A program made the translations under genes and the position numbers. Positions 27,720 through 42,440 of a DNA stretch of 64,000 bases are shown one piece after another. Below the pieces are notes generated by a model, which saw only the letters and a list, made by a program, of their open reading frames with translations, searched no databases and was not told where the DNA came from. Positions within the stretch are counted from its first letter, which is position 1. Each line of letters starts with the position of its first letter. The stretch is from Tubiluchus corallicola (lineage: Eukaryota; Animalia; Priapulida): NCBI GenBank assembly GCA_030141605.1, contig JAQGDQ010001023.1, positions 1 to 64,000 on the forward strand, given 5' to 3'.

Positions 27720-30020
27720 TAATGGTTCACCTGTAGTCTCGGCCTCGGATAGTGCTGATTTATTATATAAGACTTTTTTTAGTGGGGAACACATGAACGG
27801 GGAAGAATTTGATGAAAACTGGAAAAATCACATTGAACGCTCATTATCAGTTATGGACTGGGAGCAAAACGAAAATTTTTGTCTAAATAACTGGTTTAAT
27901 TTACAAGAATTAGAAAATGCTGTAAGTGAAGTGCGAACTGAAGGCAAGTCGCTTGACTCCGATGGGTTTCATAAAACATTTTGGGCCAGTCGCAAAAAAT
28001 ATTGTTTTACGTATTGCAAATATGTGCTTAGAGAAACAATTATGGCCTCGGACGTGCACAAAAGTAATTCCACTAAAAAAACCTAACAAAATCGATTATT
28101 CAAATGCCAGTAATTATCGTCCAATAACCATTTCTTCGTATATAGGTAAACTTGTTGAGCGTTTAATATAAAATAGACTTAAAAATCATTTCTTTCAGTT
28201 AAACTGCATTGATACAGAGCAAGAAGGCTTCACAAAAGGCAAAAATACAGTACGTTATTTAACCAGATTAGTTACTGATATGGAAGACGACATTTTGAAC
28301 AATGCATACGGTATAACAATTTGCTGTGATTACGAAAAATCGTTCGACAGTGTTTGGGTTGAAGGTTTATTATTTAAACTTATTTGTGCAAATGTACGAG
28401 GGTCTATGTTACGCCTTATAGCATATATATTACAAAATCGCAATATTTGCAAAAAGGTAAATGATTATACGTCCAATCAATATCGATGTAATTTATGACT
28501 TCCACAGGGGTCAGTTATAGCCCCAATACTGTTTATATTTTTCATTGCCGATATGTTTTATAACATGCATGACTCTGTTAAAGTACAAGTATGTTGATGA
28601 TGGATCTTTGCAAGTGTCAAATACAGACCCGCAAACCTGTGTTACAATTGCATAAAGCTGTTGTGATGTGCTTCACAAATGGTGCCAGAAATGGCGTTTA
28701 AAGATAAATACGTTACCTGGTAAGACAGAAGCATTGCTAGAAGGGGCATGGGATGAAAATAACAAGCCAGACAATTTAAAAATTAGTAACAATGAAATAT
28801 TACAATAAAAGCAGAATATTAAACTGTTGATCGGAAATTAACATTTGCTAAACACGCGGGTAATGTTCATAAAAAGGTATGGTACAGATGGCGGAAAGTA
28901 AAAAACAATTGCAGTAAATATGCAGGTTTGCGACTTGCTACCATTGTAAATATTTATAAAACTACTATTTTGCCGATTATACTGTACGGTGCTATTGCAT
29001 GGTTAAGTAAAAAACTTTCTGTATTTGAAGATATAATTTATGATATAATTAAAGTTGCTGCGGGGTCTGCTTTTAAACCAGATCGAACTAAATTAGAAAT
29101 GCTTTATGGTCTTCCACCGTTAGACATTGAATTAAATGTAATTGTTGTTAAATCTTGTCTTAAGACGTTATGTCAGAGCGCTGATGATTTAGCTAAACAA
29201 AAGATTCCGCGGTATGGTAGTGCACGTCTGACAGGAAGGCATATTTATAAAAATATTATGTATACACATGCGCAGACTGTGAGACACTTTTTAAAATTTG
29301 TCTGGAAGATCTTGAAGAAATTCCTGAAAATATGTTAAAGTATACTAAACGTCAAATTATGGATTATGTTTATTGTACCTGGTCAACTAAATATAGGCAT
29401 GTTATGCAATTTCGAGGAGAAAATGTTGAAATACAGAATATAAAATGTGAACCCTTGAATTTGCCGCTTGGAAATAATGAAAGGAAAATAGAATCCATTA
29501 CCATGTCTTTTTTAACTGGCCAGGGGAATTTTAACAGCTTTTTGCATAGACTTAATATGTGTGATACTAGTTTATGTCCATGTGGAGAAGAAGAGCAAAC
29601 TCCTCAGCACATTTTATTCAGATGCAATAAAGTAGATAATACAAAAAGAATGCGTTTCATTGAAATAGCTGATGCCAATTATACACGTAATATTATGCTT
29701 CAATCTGATAAAAATTTAATAATGGCTTTCACTAACCTGATCAGAGACAATTTTATACTAAGTAATTGTTAATTTAGGCCCGCTCGAGTATATAAAAATA
29801 AATTATGTAGTTGTGTAAAGTTAATTTGTTTGTATAATACTTGTGATTCGTTTGAAATTATATCTAATTTAAGTATAAAATGTTATTCGTTGTACATAGT
29901 ATGAAACTGGATTTAAAAGATTTGTTATATGAAAATGTAATTTATTGATCTGAGCCTGCAAAAAGAGGCGCCTTTGTGTATATATGTTCATTACTTTAAT
30001 AAAGATTTATTATTATAATT
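27720..30020 (+). mobile_element. 5'-truncated degenerate non-LTR retrotransposon (RT + C-terminal CCHC; I-group-like)
   Basis: Frameshifted motifs NYRPITISSYIGKLVERLI, QEGF, DYEKSFDSVW, PQGSVIAPILF, YVDD, KWRLKIN, LTGQGNFNSFLHRL, CPCGEEEQTPQHILFRC. AATAAA + (TTA) tail; (CT)n on both flanks. Confidence 0.9.
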
Positions 30021-30045
30021 ATTGTAAAAAATATATAATCTCCTT

Positions 30046-30099
<54 letters not shown>

Positions 30100-31169
30100 G
30101 GAATAAATAATTATTCGCCAAAAATAATCAGAATTGAACAATGATTAATTTTAATGAAAACAAGATCATTAAAACGAGATCAAAACAAGATCATTGATCA
30201 TTCATGACATTTGGAAGAGAACTCTTATCAGCTTCTCCAACGCATTTAATATGCTTATGAGAGCGTCTCTGACAGCTGCAGTTATGATAATATGTCAATT
30301 AATAAATCACCTCAAGTGTAAACTAAGAGAGGAACTCTGTATCAGTTAGGAAAGTTTGGCCCGTATTGCTTTGAACTTCCGAGAGACGTGCGATTCGATC
30401 ATGAATTGAGGGCTTGGTAGCCAGCTGACCCAGAAAGGTTCTTTTCTTTCGCTCTTCCTTCTTTTCTTTCTTTCTTCTCTCCGTCGTCTTTGTCTAAGTA
30501 CAACACGCACATCAACGTTCCAGCTTCAAGTGGAATCTCAGCTTCCCGGCTTCACAGCACACTGCAACCGCTGAGATTAACTCTTTCGTTAAAACGCTCT
30601 CTCAAACTCATTGCGCATTCAGCTGCAGGACCAGCAGCGGGAGGCTGCGCTAATTACATCATCATCTCAGCATCTTTTGACTACAGCTGGTCGAAATTTA
30701 TGAGAAATTCACGCAATTCAGCGATTGAGGGTACTACATTAAATTAAATCTCGTCAAATATGCCGTGGAAATTGACGATGCGCGTAGGATGCGAAAGCAG
30801 AGTATCTGTCCCGTTGCTAGGCAAGTCACCTTCAATCAAACGAGCAATAGAGCGTGAGATAATAATTGGTCAACAATTGGTGCGATTAGAGAATAATTGT
30901 CGCAAATCGTAACACTTTTACATCAGCGCCAGCAACAACAAAATGGTCACGTTGCCACCTTAGTTATCCAATGGACGGGTGATTGAGGGTGGGGATGGGG
31001 TTGTTGTTGGGGCTTATCAGCCATACTGCCTGCGCGATCTTTTCCTCCTTGATAGAGCATGTCTAATATACAGCCACACGAGGCTAAGGAACCTTTCAGT
31101 TTGGTTTCACAGAGTGGGTTATCTCTGTTAACGATAAATGTTCCGGCAACTTACCTACCGGACGCACAA

Positions 31170-31960
31170 TCAACTATCTATCTGCCATTGACTGCTGGAT
31201 GCCAGATTACAGTTTACTAAGCTGTATTAAAATACATCAAGTCAACTATCTATCTGCCATTGACTGCTGGATGCAAGATTACAGTTTACTAAGCTGTATT
31301 AAAATACATCAAGTCAACTATCTATCTGCCATTGACTGCTGGATGCAAGATTACAGTTTACTACGCTGTATTAAAATACATCAAGTCAACTATCTATCTG
31401 CCATTGACTGCTGGATGCAAGATTACAGTTTACTAAGCTGTATTAAAATACATCAAGTCAACTATCTATCTGCCATTGACTGCTGGATGCAAGATTACAG
31501 TTTACTAAGCTGTATTAAAATACATCAAGTCAACTATCTATCTGCCATTGACTGCTGGATGCAAGATTACAGTTTACTACGCTGTATTAAAATACATCAA
31601 GTCAACTATCTATCTGCCATTGACTGCTGGATGCAAGATTACAGTTTACTAAGCTGTATTAAAATACATCAAGTCAACTATCTATCTGCCATTGACTGCT
31701 GGATGCAAGATTACAGTTTACTAAGCTGTATTAAAATACATCAAGTCATCTATTTATCTGCCATTGACTGCTGGATGCTAGACTACAGTTTACTAAGCTG
31801 TATTAAAATACATCAAGTCATCTATTTATCTGCCATTGACTGCTGGATACCAGATTACAGTTTACTAAGCTGTATTAAAATACATCAACACATCTGTCAT
31901 TGACTGCTGGATACCAGATTACAGTTTACTAAGCTGTATTAAAATACATCAAGTCATCTC
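31170..31960. repeat. 72-bp minisatellite, about 11 copies
   Basis: Unit CAAGTCAACTATCTATCTGCCATTGACTGCTGGATGCAAGATTACAGTTTACTAAGCTGTATTAAAATACAT. Confidence 0.97.
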
Positions 31961-32222
31961 TCTGTAATTTCTTGACAAAGCACAATTTATTTAGAAAAAA
32001 GTATTGGCATCTCATTTAAAAAATAATGCAATCACTTTAATGACTGTTTCAAGACATTTAGTTTTTTCCCAAACCTATGTACTGGTGAAAAATGTCAATG
32101 AAAGCTTTTGCACACTGTATATCACACTAAAAAAACCAGCCACTGGCACAACATCGAACTGCGTGATTTATTGGTCGTTAAAGTTGATGTAACAAGAAAA
32201 ACTAATATGAATTTATACTTAC

Positions 32223-32294
32223 AGAAAATCCAGTGAAATAAACCCAGCTAGAGAAATCCGAGAAAGTTGCGAAATTTGATTGAACTCGAGGCTC
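32223..32294 (-). CDS. Host LRR gene exon (72 bp LRR)
   Basis: ttattatctag| ... |gtaagt, phase 2-2. Translates (L)SLEFNQISQLSRISLAGFISLDF(L). Confidence 0.85.
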
Positions 32295-35200
32295 CTAGAT
32301 AATAAAAAAACAACAGTAGTGAACAAACTAGATCAATTTAAAATGAAACTAAAACATCGCATTCATACAAAGAAAATCTTACTCTCATTACGAATACTCA
32401 GTTTATTTTATTATAAACTTTTTGTAAAAATTGTTTCATTTTTTATTTTTTGATTTTTAATCACTTCACTATTAGCGGTTTAAATTTGAAGAATGGCCAT
32501 TTTTCATTGCGCGAGGCAAACGACAGTCACGATGTCACCAAAGATCAGGTCAACAAACGTCGGTAACCAAAGACATTTTCTGTACCTCATACGTCATTCT
32601 CGCTCGCGCAAAAGATGGGAAACATGGCGATCTTTACGGCAATGCACGCGTTTGAAATTCGACGTTATTTAACTTATAAGGTTCTTTTGTTTACTAATTA
32701 CTATGAATTCTTTGTAATCATAATTAAAACAGGTCTTGGTTTTGGTTAAACTGGCCTTTAATTGAAAATAAATACCGATAATTAGACTTATTTGAATTTT
32801 TTAGGCGAATCTCAGTTTCGCTGTCTTAATGTTTTCCAGATTTGAATTTGCAAGATTGTGTAAAAGCTTTCTGACTGTTTGCAACTGAAAAACAAGTTTT
32901 TTATCAAGAACAAACAATGAAAGAATGTGCCCTTCGTCTAGTTAAACAGGGTCAATCATAACAATCTTCTAATATAACGTAGCATTTTTTCTTTGCTGGC
33001 TGAATTCTCCCAATCACAAACTTTATCCAGTTCCTAACCAAACACGACAGATGACAACCAGGTGAAAAAAGACATAATGCTACGAAATAATATTATTATC
33101 CAACTTCTCGAGAAATGAAATCTTAGACCTTGACAATTTAAAGCTCAAAAAACGTATTTATTGCAGCCGTATAACTAATCAGAATAACCAGACCTCATTC
33201 TGGTTTTGAATTACTAACATAATTATTTGCTTAATGCGTTTAAATGAGAAATTTTGAACAAAACGGATTGCCTATTTCTGCTTTACTTGGAGGAAGACAA
33301 GATACCAAACATCTTAGTGTCTTGGTGGCTTCGCGTGTGTATATTTCACTGTGAAATGATTCAAATTCAGTTCAATTCAGATTTCTTTCTCCACGAGGTT
33401 CAAATTTGTCCAACACTAAGTATTGTTGAGCAATGAAAATAGCGGCAACTTAAAATAAAGTTTATACACTATTACGAATCGAACCCGCAACAGACGAGAT
33501 GAGCTGAATGGTCAATGGACTTGCTATACGATTTTATACCTGACTTACGTCAAATGTGATTCATGGCAGGTTAATGTTCAATACAGAACTGGAGAACCCT
33601 ATAGTTAAGATTTGAGATTCAAGATTAATTAGACTTAAAAATTGCCTAGTTTTAGCACAACACACTGAATATGTACTGTACTTTCGCGCTGTATTTCAAT
33701 TTTCGCTTTCGCAAGCACATGTAACACGCTCCTGGAATATTTTTGCTGTTGAAAATTATGTTAGTTTGTGATGTAGTCAATAGTTGGGCTTGCCCGCCGT
33801 TAATAAAGTTTTTAATTTATTGTCTAATTATCAGAAACGCTTTAGCAGCTTTAATCGTGTTAAAATATATACTTTATATCGAACTTATATAGGAAAAATC
33901 ACCCTGTCTTCCCTTAAACAGAGCTGCAGCTGACGGTATAAAACTATGTATTTTTATATCTACTTGATCTCATTTTTGGCAAGATGAGTTAGAAGGTTTT
34001 GAATAATTTAATATTAGTAGCAGTGTAGATTCTAATTTAATATAGTTTAGTGATTTACTGTCTCAATTCTAAAGATACTTCTTTTGTTGCAAGAATATTT
34101 GCTTGTAATTATTTTCATAGTAAGCAAATCTGAGACTCTTTTTCGAATACCTTTATAGGTACGCTCTAAACAATTTCGTTCCTCAGCAGATATTTTAGAA
34201 TAAAAATAATTGAAGTTATAATCCTTATTAAAGCTGCACTTATTATATGTGCTGTTATTGGGCGCCTAACTGATTCAGACTTTTTCAAATCTGATAAAAA
34301 TGATAGAATGTCGACAAAAACAAATGGGATTTTCGAGAGAGAGGTGCCTACTCTAATGTAGATTAGTCTCTTTTCAACAAGTTGACGTTAAAAAGTCTTT
34401 TTGTCAAAACTTGTCTAGACATTAATGAGACTTTATGCTCACAGATGGAGCTCAGGCAGAAACAAACACGCAATTTCATGGAGAAGGACGTCTCAAGGAG
34501 AGTTTCTCAGTTATAGGAAAAGAATGTTAATGCTGAAGTTTTATCAAGTCTGGAACGTCAAAACTTCTGTCTCTTTAGTTTTTGCTATCTTCGTCTCCTT
34601 TTAATTCCTTGTTTATCAATTAATATTATTGATATCACTGATTTATTATATTGATTGACATCGTGTTAATAACTAACTTATTAACTCCTAATTGATCAGC
34701 TTTAGCGTAATCTTAATATGTATACTGTTTTGCTACAAGGAAAGTGGAGAAGAGACGAGAAGAAAAAGGGGAAGGTGCGGAAGAGAAGGGTTGCAGTGAG
34801 ATAAGACGAGACGGGACGGGACGAGACGAGATACCTGGAGGATAAAATAATCAGGCGTTGCTTTTGTGCGACCTTCAGTGTTATTATTGATGTTGGCATC
34901 ATCATCATCATCACCATTATGGTCATCATCATCATGCTCATCGTCATTATTGTCATCATGATTATCATCACTTCCACTACCAATACCACCAACACCACCA
35001 TTACCATCACCACCATCATCAACATCAAATCATCACCACCAACATCATCACCTCCACCGCCATTATTATCGTCATCAATATTATCAACATCTTTATCATC
35101 TTCATTTCGTCCAAACAACCACCACCACTACCACCACCATCAGCACCACCGACACATCCACCGCCATTATCATAATCATCATCGTCGTCGTCGTCATCAT

Positions 35201-37559
35201 CATCATTACAACCGCTGCAATAAATTCTTATAATTTCTTTGTCTTTCTCTAATGTTGTGGAGAATTGGCAGCTGTTCATTCATTATTCAACATACAGGTG
35301 TTAGATTATTCATGCTCTATTACTGCCACGATTGTAAACCTATTAAACCTTTACTGACGTGCTGGATTTTATGACGTCATTAGCCTTGGTTTCTCACTTG
35401 AATGCGTGTGGAATTATGTGAGATTGTAAGTCAATCACTAATCCGAATTTTTAGTTTTTTTTGCAGTAAATTGACCATCTTGTGGTAAACTCGGTAATCA
35501 GGGATTTTTTGTCGCGTTTTAATTTTGCTGACCGTATTGACCACCGGTGTAAAATCACAGCTAGAGAAAAGAAAAGTATATTTAGCATGTAGGTGTAACT
35601 TAAAATCGCTGCAGAAAGACATATGAAGATAAACTTGGTTTCGTAGATGGAAGCCAAGCCTTCAAACTTCAATTAGCCTCCCACGTAACCAGTCGCACAG
35701 ACATTTTTATGAGATATTATCTGTCAAAGTCACTTTAATAAGTTTTGCAGTTATTTTTTCAAGGTTTTCCCAAATTTACGTGAATCGTAGACTCGGAACA
35801 AATCTGTTAGAAGCCAGGCATCTTAGTGAAGTGGCTTCGCAGATTCTGTGAAGTGTCAGATTTAATAAAGCGTAGTTTTATGTTAATTAAAAGCAATTTG
35901 TTACTTCCGGTTTACCTCCCACGCTAACCGTCTCATTCGACAATTATCTTCAAAGTCAGGTTAAGAAAAGTTTACAGTCAGATTATTACTTTAATATTTT
36001 TATGCAAAACATTCCTAGATGCCGTGGATACCATGAAGAAAAAAGAACTTTAAGAAATTTAAAGAAAACATAAAAATTCAAATTCACCTCTGTGCTCACG
36101 TATTAGCTCTTGAACATGTGCACAATGTCAGAACTGAACAGCTCTAATCTGAGAAGTACAGCACCTGTTTTTGTGCAACACTTTTCCGAAATTCAGACGC
36201 TAGTGCCCATCTAACTAACGAATGAATGACGAAATGCATGTAACGGCGAAGAACTAGCTTCGCGAACGCGAAATTGCATTTCTGTGATTCTTATACGTAA
36301 GCCATTCTTGAAAGTTGTTTCCCTTTTAACGTTTTATCGTAGAGCTCAAAAAATGTTAGTATGTCAATGAACGAGGCCAGCAATATGGATTAACCCTTTT
36401 ACCAGATTATTTATCATACTATTGTTTTTATACACGTGGATACTGGAATCCAACTAGACCTGCTCATTGTAATTGTTTATGGCGGGCAGGCGTCTATTCA
36501 ATTATTAACAACAATACTCTAAAATAAAACACTAATCAGTGAAACATGGCTCTCTGTTACTACTCCCTCTGCTATGTTCAGATGTCCTTGCTCTCTCGTT
36601 GGTGTAAATGCGCTCATGGACATTATAACAAATGAACGGGTCGGCACGAGTGTCATTTAACCAAGGGTCATCCATTCGTATATGACCAGGTTTGGCATTG
36701 CTTAAATTCGGTTGCTAATCATACTCAGTAACAACATCGGTATTCACCTTAATTAGGCCTAGTTTGTCCCGTTATCAAAGAAAGCGTAATTTAAGTACGT
36801 AATTTTGTTCACTATTACAACATAAAGAAAAAGTCGTTAGAGTTCTGCTTAGCAGTGGACGTTACAACTACCTAGCTGATTTATCTATATTTATTACATT
36901 CTTATGTTATTCTCATGTGTATCTAATTTATTATTCATCTTTTTTGTTCTCATTTTCACGTTAATCTTCATAATCTTTCACTTTTTATAACTTCTCTTCC
37001 TTCCATAAATCAACTTTTAATTCTTGCATCAACATTTTTCTTTTCTCTTTGCAGTACTGAGGCTGACTTATACAATTTTTTTGTGGGGCAGCCCCAACAA
37101 TTTATTAATCAACTTTATTATTTACGTGCTTATTTTCTTTTTAATTCTGAAATTATTTCACCATATTTACGTATTTTTTGCTATAGCAAATAGTACAAAC
37201 TAAACTAAACTAAACTAAATTATTTTGGCTAGGGCCCTCACTTTTCATTGTTGCATTAAGAATAAGTAAAAACTTTTATAAACTTGAAAACAGAACCATT
37301 ATAAGCATGGCATTCACACAGACACCATTACAGTGCAAGTTGCTACCTGGTTTCTTTCATATCAATCATTACGGGCACATGATAACAATGATAACAATGA
37401 TAACAGTTTTTTAAGGTTTTACAAGTTGTGAAAACTTCTTGCAATCTTTATACTCGCGTTTGCTGCAGCATCATGTCTATGTTCAGCCTTTTGATATTTC
37501 GTACTTGTTAAGAAGTATGATTGTGCACATTTTGTTCTTCCTGTTACACTTCTCAGCAA

Positions 37560-39355
37560 GCATGTGTACTGTGAAGTGTTTGCATGTGTGTATACTGCGA
37601 AGTGTGTGCTTATGTGTATACTGTGAAGTGTGTGCTTATGTGTATACTGTGAAGTGTGTGCATGTGTGCATACTGTGAAGTGTGTGCTTATGTGTATACT
37701 GTGAAGTGTGTGCTTGTGTGTATACTGTGAAGTGTGTGCATGTGTGCATACTGTGAAGTGAGTGCATGTGTGTATACTGTGAAGTGTGTGCTTATGTGTA
37801 TACTGTGAAGTGAATGCATGTGTGCATACTGGGAAGTGAGTGCATGTGTGTATACTGTGAAGTGTGTGCATGTGTGTATACTGTGAAGTGTGTGCATGTG
37901 TGTATACTGTGAAGTGTGTGCTTGTGTGTATACTGTGAAGTGAATGCATGTGTGCATACTGGGAAGTGTTTGCTTGTGTGTATACTGTGAAGTGTGTGCT
38001 TGTGTGTATACTGTGAAGTGTGTGCTTGTGTGTATACTGTGAAGTGTGTGCTTGTGTGTATACTGTGAAGTGAATGCATGTGTGCATACTGGGAAGTGTG
38101 TGCATGTGTGTATACTGTGAAGTGTGTGCATGTGTGTATACTGTGAAGTGTGTGCATGTGTGTATACTGTGAAGTGAGTGCATGTGTGTATACTGTGAAG
38201 TGAGTGCATGTGTGCATACTGTGAACTATGTGCATTTGTGCATACTGTGAACTACGTGTATGTATTTGTACTGTAAAGTGTGTGCATGTGTGTATACTGT
38301 AAAGCGTGTGCATGTGTGTATACTGTAAAGTGTATGCATGTGTGTATACTGTGAAGTGTGTGCATGTGTGTATACTGCAAAGGGTATGCTTGTGTGTATA
38401 CTGTAAAGCGTGTGCGTGTGTGTATACTGTAAAGTGTTTGCATGTGTGTATACTGTAAAGTGTATGCATGTGTGTATACTGTAAAGTGTATGCATGTGTG
38501 TATACTGTAAAGTGTATGCATGTGAGTATACTGTAAAGTGTATGCATGTGTGTATACTGTAAAGTGTATGCATGTGTGTATACTGTAAAGTGTATGCATG
38601 TGTGTATACTGTAAAGTGTTTGCATGTGTGTATACTGTAAAGTGTGTGCATGTGTGTATACTGTAAAGTGTATGCATGTGTGTATACTGTAAAGTGTATG
38701 CATGTGTGTATACTGTAAAGTGTGTGCATGTGTGTATACTGTAAAGTGTGTGCATGTGTGTATACTGTAAAGTGTATGCATGTGTGTATACTGTAAAGTG
38801 TGTGCATGTGTGTATACTGTAAAGTGTGTGCATGTGTGTATACTGTGAAGTGTGTGCATGTGTGTATACTGTAAAGTGTATGCATGTGTGTATACTGTAA
38901 AGTGTATGCATGTGTGTATACTGTAAAGCGTGTGCATGTGTGTATACTGTAAAGCGTGTGCATGTGTGTATACTGTAAAGTGTATGCATGTGTGTATACT
39001 GTAAAGTGTATGCATGTGTGTATACTGTAAAGCGTGTGCATGTGTGTATACTGTAAAGCGTGTGCATATGTGTATACTGTAAAGTGTGTGCATGTGTGTA
39101 TACTGTAAAGTGTATGCATGTGTGTATACTGTAAAGTGTGTGCATGTGCGTCTACTGTAAAGCGTGTGCATGTGTGTATACTGTAAAGTGTATGCATGTG
39201 TGTATACTGTAAAGTGTATGCATGTGTGTATACTGTAAAGTGTGTGCATGTGCGTCTACTGTAAAGCGTGTGCATGTGTGTATACTGTAAAGCGTGTGCA
39301 TGTGTGTATACTGAAAAGCGTGTGCATGTGTGTGTATACTGTAAAGTGTGTGCAG
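37560..39355. repeat. 26-bp TG-rich minisatellite
   Basis: Unit GTGTGTATACTGT(G/A)AAGTGTGTGCAT. Confidence 0.97.
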
Positions 39356-39767
39356 ATTTGGAATATTGATCATAAATACATTCATTATTACTGAAAACTG
39401 AACGTGAATATTTCCTTTATTTATGAGTCACTAAAGTTACCTTTTTATTTGTGGTTTTATGCAGGAGGTTTAAGGCTTATAACTACTTAACATTAGCAAA
39501 TGCAACAATCTACATGTGTTCAAGAATCTAGTTTGTTAGACACTGTACTCCTGTTCAAAGCGTATTGCTACTGACAAATCAACATCAAACGAGTAATATA
39601 AATTTATGAGGCGCAAAAAGGAATGGCTGCTCTTTTGTTATTCGATCCTGGCTGTAGGTTTCAGCTTCATCGCCTTCCAATGAGTTGCTAATAGAGGAAG
39701 TGATGAGAGGAGGAAAACGGGAAGGGAAAACGTGTGAAGTGCGATGCAAAATGAGGAAGATAAGAAA

Positions 39768-40330
39768 GTATACACACATGCACACACTCACAGTATGCAC
39801 ACATGCACACACTCACAGTATGCACACATGCACGCACTCACAGTATGCACACATGCACACACTCACAGTATGCACACATGCACACACTCACAGTATACAC
39901 ACATGCACACACTCACAGTATACACACATGCACACACTCACAGTATGCACACATGCACACACTCACAGTATACACACATGCACACACTCACAGTATACAC
40001 ACATGCACACACTCACAGTATACACACATGCATACACTTTACAGTATACACACACATGCACACACTCACAGTATACACACATGCACACACTCACAGTATA
40101 CACACATGCACGCACTCACAGTATACACACATGCGCACACTCACAGTATACACACATGCACACACTCACAGTATACACACATGCACACACTCACAGTATA
40201 CACACATGCGCACACTCACAGTATACACACATGCACACACTCACAGTATACACACATGCACACGCTTTACAGTTTACGCACATGCACACGCTTTACAGTT
40301 TACACACATGCACAAATTTTACAGTATACA
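39768..40330. repeat. 25-bp CA-rich minisatellite, inverted relative of the 26-mer array
   Basis: Unit ATGCACACACTCACAGTATACACAC. Confidence 0.97.
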
Positions 40331-42018
40331 AATGTACACGAGGAAGAGAAGAAAAAACAGTGAAAGAACAAAAACAGATGTAAAGAAAAGAGAAGTAAAG
40401 ATGAAATGCTGACGGAAAAAAGGTAAATAGAAAAACGCATAAGAGGAGAAAGAGAAAATGGTAGCTAGGTTTTGTGTGACACATATAACTACTGTATTTT
40501 TGTAGCTTTAATTTCAGGTTATACACACCTGAAAGACTTTTCAGCCAAAGAAACTGATGAATTGAAATCAAATATTCTCTCAAATTGTCATCTTGAATTA
40601 GCAGAATCTCGTTATTTCCTAATTTAGGAACTAATTCTTTGAGAATTGTTGAATAATCCTTTTTATTTCTACTCGTTTCTTTATTACTCGACTTTTGCAT
40701 GGCAACTGTCATACTAATCCATAGCTGGAAATAAATTCATTCTTAACTAAAGTGGATTTTAAAATGATACAACATAATTATTACTGCCTGAAAGCAAACT
40801 TCTAGCCGTACTTAGCTTCACTGCGCAAACTGTAAACACGAAATGTTATAAAACATGTTGACGGAAATGATTTCACATTTGCGGAAGTGACCAGTCAGAA
40901 TAAGGTACATCTTGGGGATATTTTAGAAGTTGTTAAAGGTGTTTTCAGATTTACTCACTGTGTTGAGCCTCAGAAGTTGAGAATGGCACTAGTTTTTCAT
41001 GCCTCGAATTAGAGGCATATTTTGTGAGGTGTTATGCAGCGTGATAATTGTAATCATTGCACCTGCTATAACAGGTCTTCGCTGTGATAATTGTAATCAT
41101 TGCACCTGCTATAACAGGTCTTCTATCCGCTTGTCATCATCGACGTCATCCTCGTTCTGTCGACGGGGTTGTTAATCTGATCAATAATTTAAAATTTTGG
41201 TCAAGATTGTCACAGTGCCGGTGTCCGAAAAATACAAAACAAGTTTTAGTCACGGTCGAGTGCAAAGGACTCCGCCCGAAATACGCAGGAAAATAAAATT
41301 CTGTTTCAATTTTGCCGTTAACAGCATTCATTAAATTAGTTATGAGGTGTAAAAAAAATAAAAATGAAATTTCAAACATCATCTGGGCTCTGGACAGTGA
41401 AATGGAAGATAAGAATTTTTATTCTCCTGCGTTTACGAAACAGATTGTTGCTCAATTAGTATGCGAGCGGGTACCAGCAGCAACTCAAGAGCAACATTCT
41501 GAAATTCTTGCAATAAAATTCTATTGTGAATTGCTGTATGTAATTTGCTGTAATTGTACGATTATCACGTAATTGTTCAAGAGTGGTAAATTTTTGTGAT
41601 GCCCTGAAACTGCTTTTTATAGCAATTCACTGAATAATATCTGAGAAAATCACCATTTGTTATGTTAATCAGCAATCAGCATTAACAACTGTTTTAATGT
41701 AATCATTATCATTGTCACCATTACCATAATCATCATGATCATGATCATAATCATCATCATGCTCGTCGGCGGCGGCTGCGGCCGCGTCGCCATCGTCATC
41801 ATTGTCGTTAGCAGCAGCAGCAATCTTTATCACCAACGTTCGTCATCATTGTCTATATTTTCAACACGGTTGAGTTGTACAATTGGCTATTGACTGTAGG
41901 ACATCTACTGTAGTATATCTTACTACTTACTCTTGAAAGTAATCTCTGTTATACAGTTATAGATTCATTATTTGCAGCAGACAAGTTGCTCTCTGAGCTT
42001 ATGTTAATTGTTCATCCA

Positions 42019-42146
<128 letters not shown>

Positions 42147-42440
42147 ACTATCTTGCAGTGCTGGGACTTATAAAAACCTGATTTGTACAATAACATTCCA
42201 AATAATGTAAAAATAAAAATGTATTTATATTAAAACGGTCTTTCAATAAAAAATTTTTCAAAGGCGCTGTACAAACAAAAGTATTTAGATAAAATACTAA
42301 AAAACTATAATACAATTAGACATGTGTATAGACAAAAAAATCTGCAAAACACTCGCCCTTTATATGTTAAAACACTGCATTAAAACATGAGTTTTCGGCT
42401 TCCTTTAAGAAAGAATTTAAATTTGAGCCAATTCTACATA

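Noticed and set aside
31199-31903. 24-aa repeat ORF with LRR-like period (72 bp)
   Set aside because: Near-identical DNA repeats, no LRR consensus, no splice signals, opposite strand to the host; a minisatellite.
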